Origin: Myxococcota bacterium
Lineage (GTDB): Bacteria; Myxococcota_A; Polyangia; Polyangiales; Sandaracinaceae
Direction of reading: 5' to 3'
DNA length: 17,154 nucleotides
Assembly (NCBI GenBank): GCA_036149055.1
Contig: JAYZQJ010000263.1
Span: 1-17,154 of the forward strand
The position numbers and the translations under genes were made by a program. Positions 16,015-17,154 of the stretch are shown here, in pieces (position 1 is the stretch's first letter; each line of letters begins with the position of its first letter). A model generated the notes under the pieces. That model ran no database searches, had not been told where the DNA came from, and was given only the letters and a program-made list of their open reading frames with translations.

Positions 16015-16994
16015 TCGAGCTCATCGTCAAGCGCACGCTCGTCGGCGTCGTCATCGTCTTCCTCGCGCTCTCGTCGATCTTCCTGGTCGCCAACGGCATC
16101 GGGGACCCGGCGGTGGCCACGCTCGGCGCCAACGCCAGCCAGGAGGCGCGCGAGGACTTCAGCCGCCGCTGGGGCCTCGACGAGGACCTCCACGTCCAGT
16201 ACCTGCGCTACCTCGGCGTGCTCCCCTACGGCGAGGGCATGGAGATCCCCTCCGGCTACCACGGCCTGCTGCAGGGCGAGCTCGGCATGAGCTTCCGCGA
16301 CAAGCAGAAGGTCGGCGACGTGGTCTGGCAGCGGCTGCCGCGCACCCTGCTCCTGAGCGGCATGGCCCTGACCTTCGAGATCTTCCTCGGCCTGCTCATC
16401 GGCACCCTCGCCGCGCTGCGCCGGGGCACCTTCCTCGACACCGGCTTCATGGGCATGGCCTACCTCGGCATCAGCATCCCGAGCTTCGTCTCGGGCCCGA
16501 TCCTGCTGATGGTGATGGCCTTCCGCCTCGGCTGGTTCCCGATCGGCGGCTACGGCGTCGGCTTCGCGGACCACGTCTATCACGCGCTCCTGCCCGCCTT
16601 CACGATGGCCATCCTCGGCGCGGCCACCTACGCCCGCATCATGCGCTCCGAGATGATCGAGACGATGCAGGCCGACTACATCCGGACCGCGCGCGCCAAG
16701 GGCCTCGGCCCGGTGCAGGTGGTCGTCGGCCACGGCGTGCGCAACGCGATGCTCCCCATCGTCACCCTGATGGGCCTGAGCCTCCCGTTCCTCGTCAACG
16801 GCGCGATCATCACCGAGGCCATCTTCAACTGGCCCGGCATGGGCCGCCTCGCCATCGAGTCGATCCACTCGCTCGACGTCCCGATGATCATGGGCGTCGT
16901 GCTCTTCGCCGCCGTCGCCGTCCAGGTCGGGAACCTGCTCGCCGACGTCGCGGTCGGCGCCCTCGACCCGCGCGTCCGCATGGGCGACGGCTGA
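16011..16994 (+). CDS. Peptide/nickel ABC transporter permease, DppB/OppB-like (327 aa)
   Basis: ATG at 16011 (ATGA overlap, GGAGG RBS). Motifs GDPA, GELGMSFR, RLPRTLLL, ARIMRSEMIE..QADYIRTARAKGL, ITEAIFNWPGMGRL and DPRVR. Confidence 0.95.
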   Translation: MIELIVKRTLVGVVIVFLALSSIFLVANGIGDPAVATLGANASQEAREDFSRRWGLDEDLHVQYLRYLGVLPYGEGMEIPSGYHGLLQGELGMSFRDKQKVGDVVWQRLPRTLLLSGMALTFEIFLGLLIGTLAALRRGTFLDTGFMGMAYLGISIPSFVSGPILLMVMAFRLGWFPIGGYGVGFADHVYHALLPAFTMAILGAATYARIMRSEMIETMQADYIRTARAKGLGPVQVVVGHGVRNAMLPIVTLMGLSLPFLVNGAIITEAIFNWPGMGRLAIESIHSLDVPMIMGVVLFAAVAVQVGNLLADVAVGALDPRVRMGDG

Positions 16995-17154
16995 GTTTTT
17001 CGGAGGGTTTGGTGCAAACCCTCCCCCCATTGGGCAAAGCGCCAATGGGGCCCCCCTCCCGACTCCGTCGGAGCTTCGCGCTGCGCGCTCGCTCCGCGAC
17101 CCCAGCGACGGGGCGCTGGGGGCCCTGCGGCTCGCGCTCGCGCTGCGCGCTCGC
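16995..17154 (+). repeat. REP-like composite hairpin cluster downstream of the ABC cassette (runs off the window)
   Basis: Stems GGAGGGTTTG-GTG-CAAACCCTCC (17002-17024), CCCCATTGG..GCAAAGC..CCAATGGGG (17025-17050) and CCCCAGCG..CGCTGGGG (17100-17121). TCGCGCTGCGCGCTCGC occurs twice (17076, 17138). Confidence 0.75.

Overview
Very GC-rich bacterial DNA. The Cys-rich lipoproteins, FGE-type lipoprotein and stand-alone sigma70-region-4 protein suggest Myxococcota, possibly Polyangiales/Sandaracinaceae; this is inference from gene content. Left to right: a minus-strand operon (YbjN/CesT-like protein, probable outer-membrane beta-barrel, 13-heme c-type cytochrome); a hypothetical gene converging on the RNase P RNA gene rnpB; an FGE/SUMF1-domain lipoprotein; a 550-bp repeat-filled intergenic region; a fumarylacetoacetate-hydrolase-family gene; an FG-GAP beta-propeller lipoprotein behind a sigma54-like promoter; a small helical protein; an aldehyde dehydrogenase; a MerR-like regulator paired with a Cys-rich sigma70-region-4 protein behind a sigma70 promoter containing a dyad; a small Cys-rich lipoprotein; and a peptide/nickel ABC cassette (permease, binding protein, permease) with no ATPase in the window. 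Related composite hairpin elements follow three gene ends. Best candidates for novel biology: the putative porin-multiheme cytochrome electron conduit and the MerR-like/sigma-region-4 regulatory module. All calls are by eye; no database searches were run.
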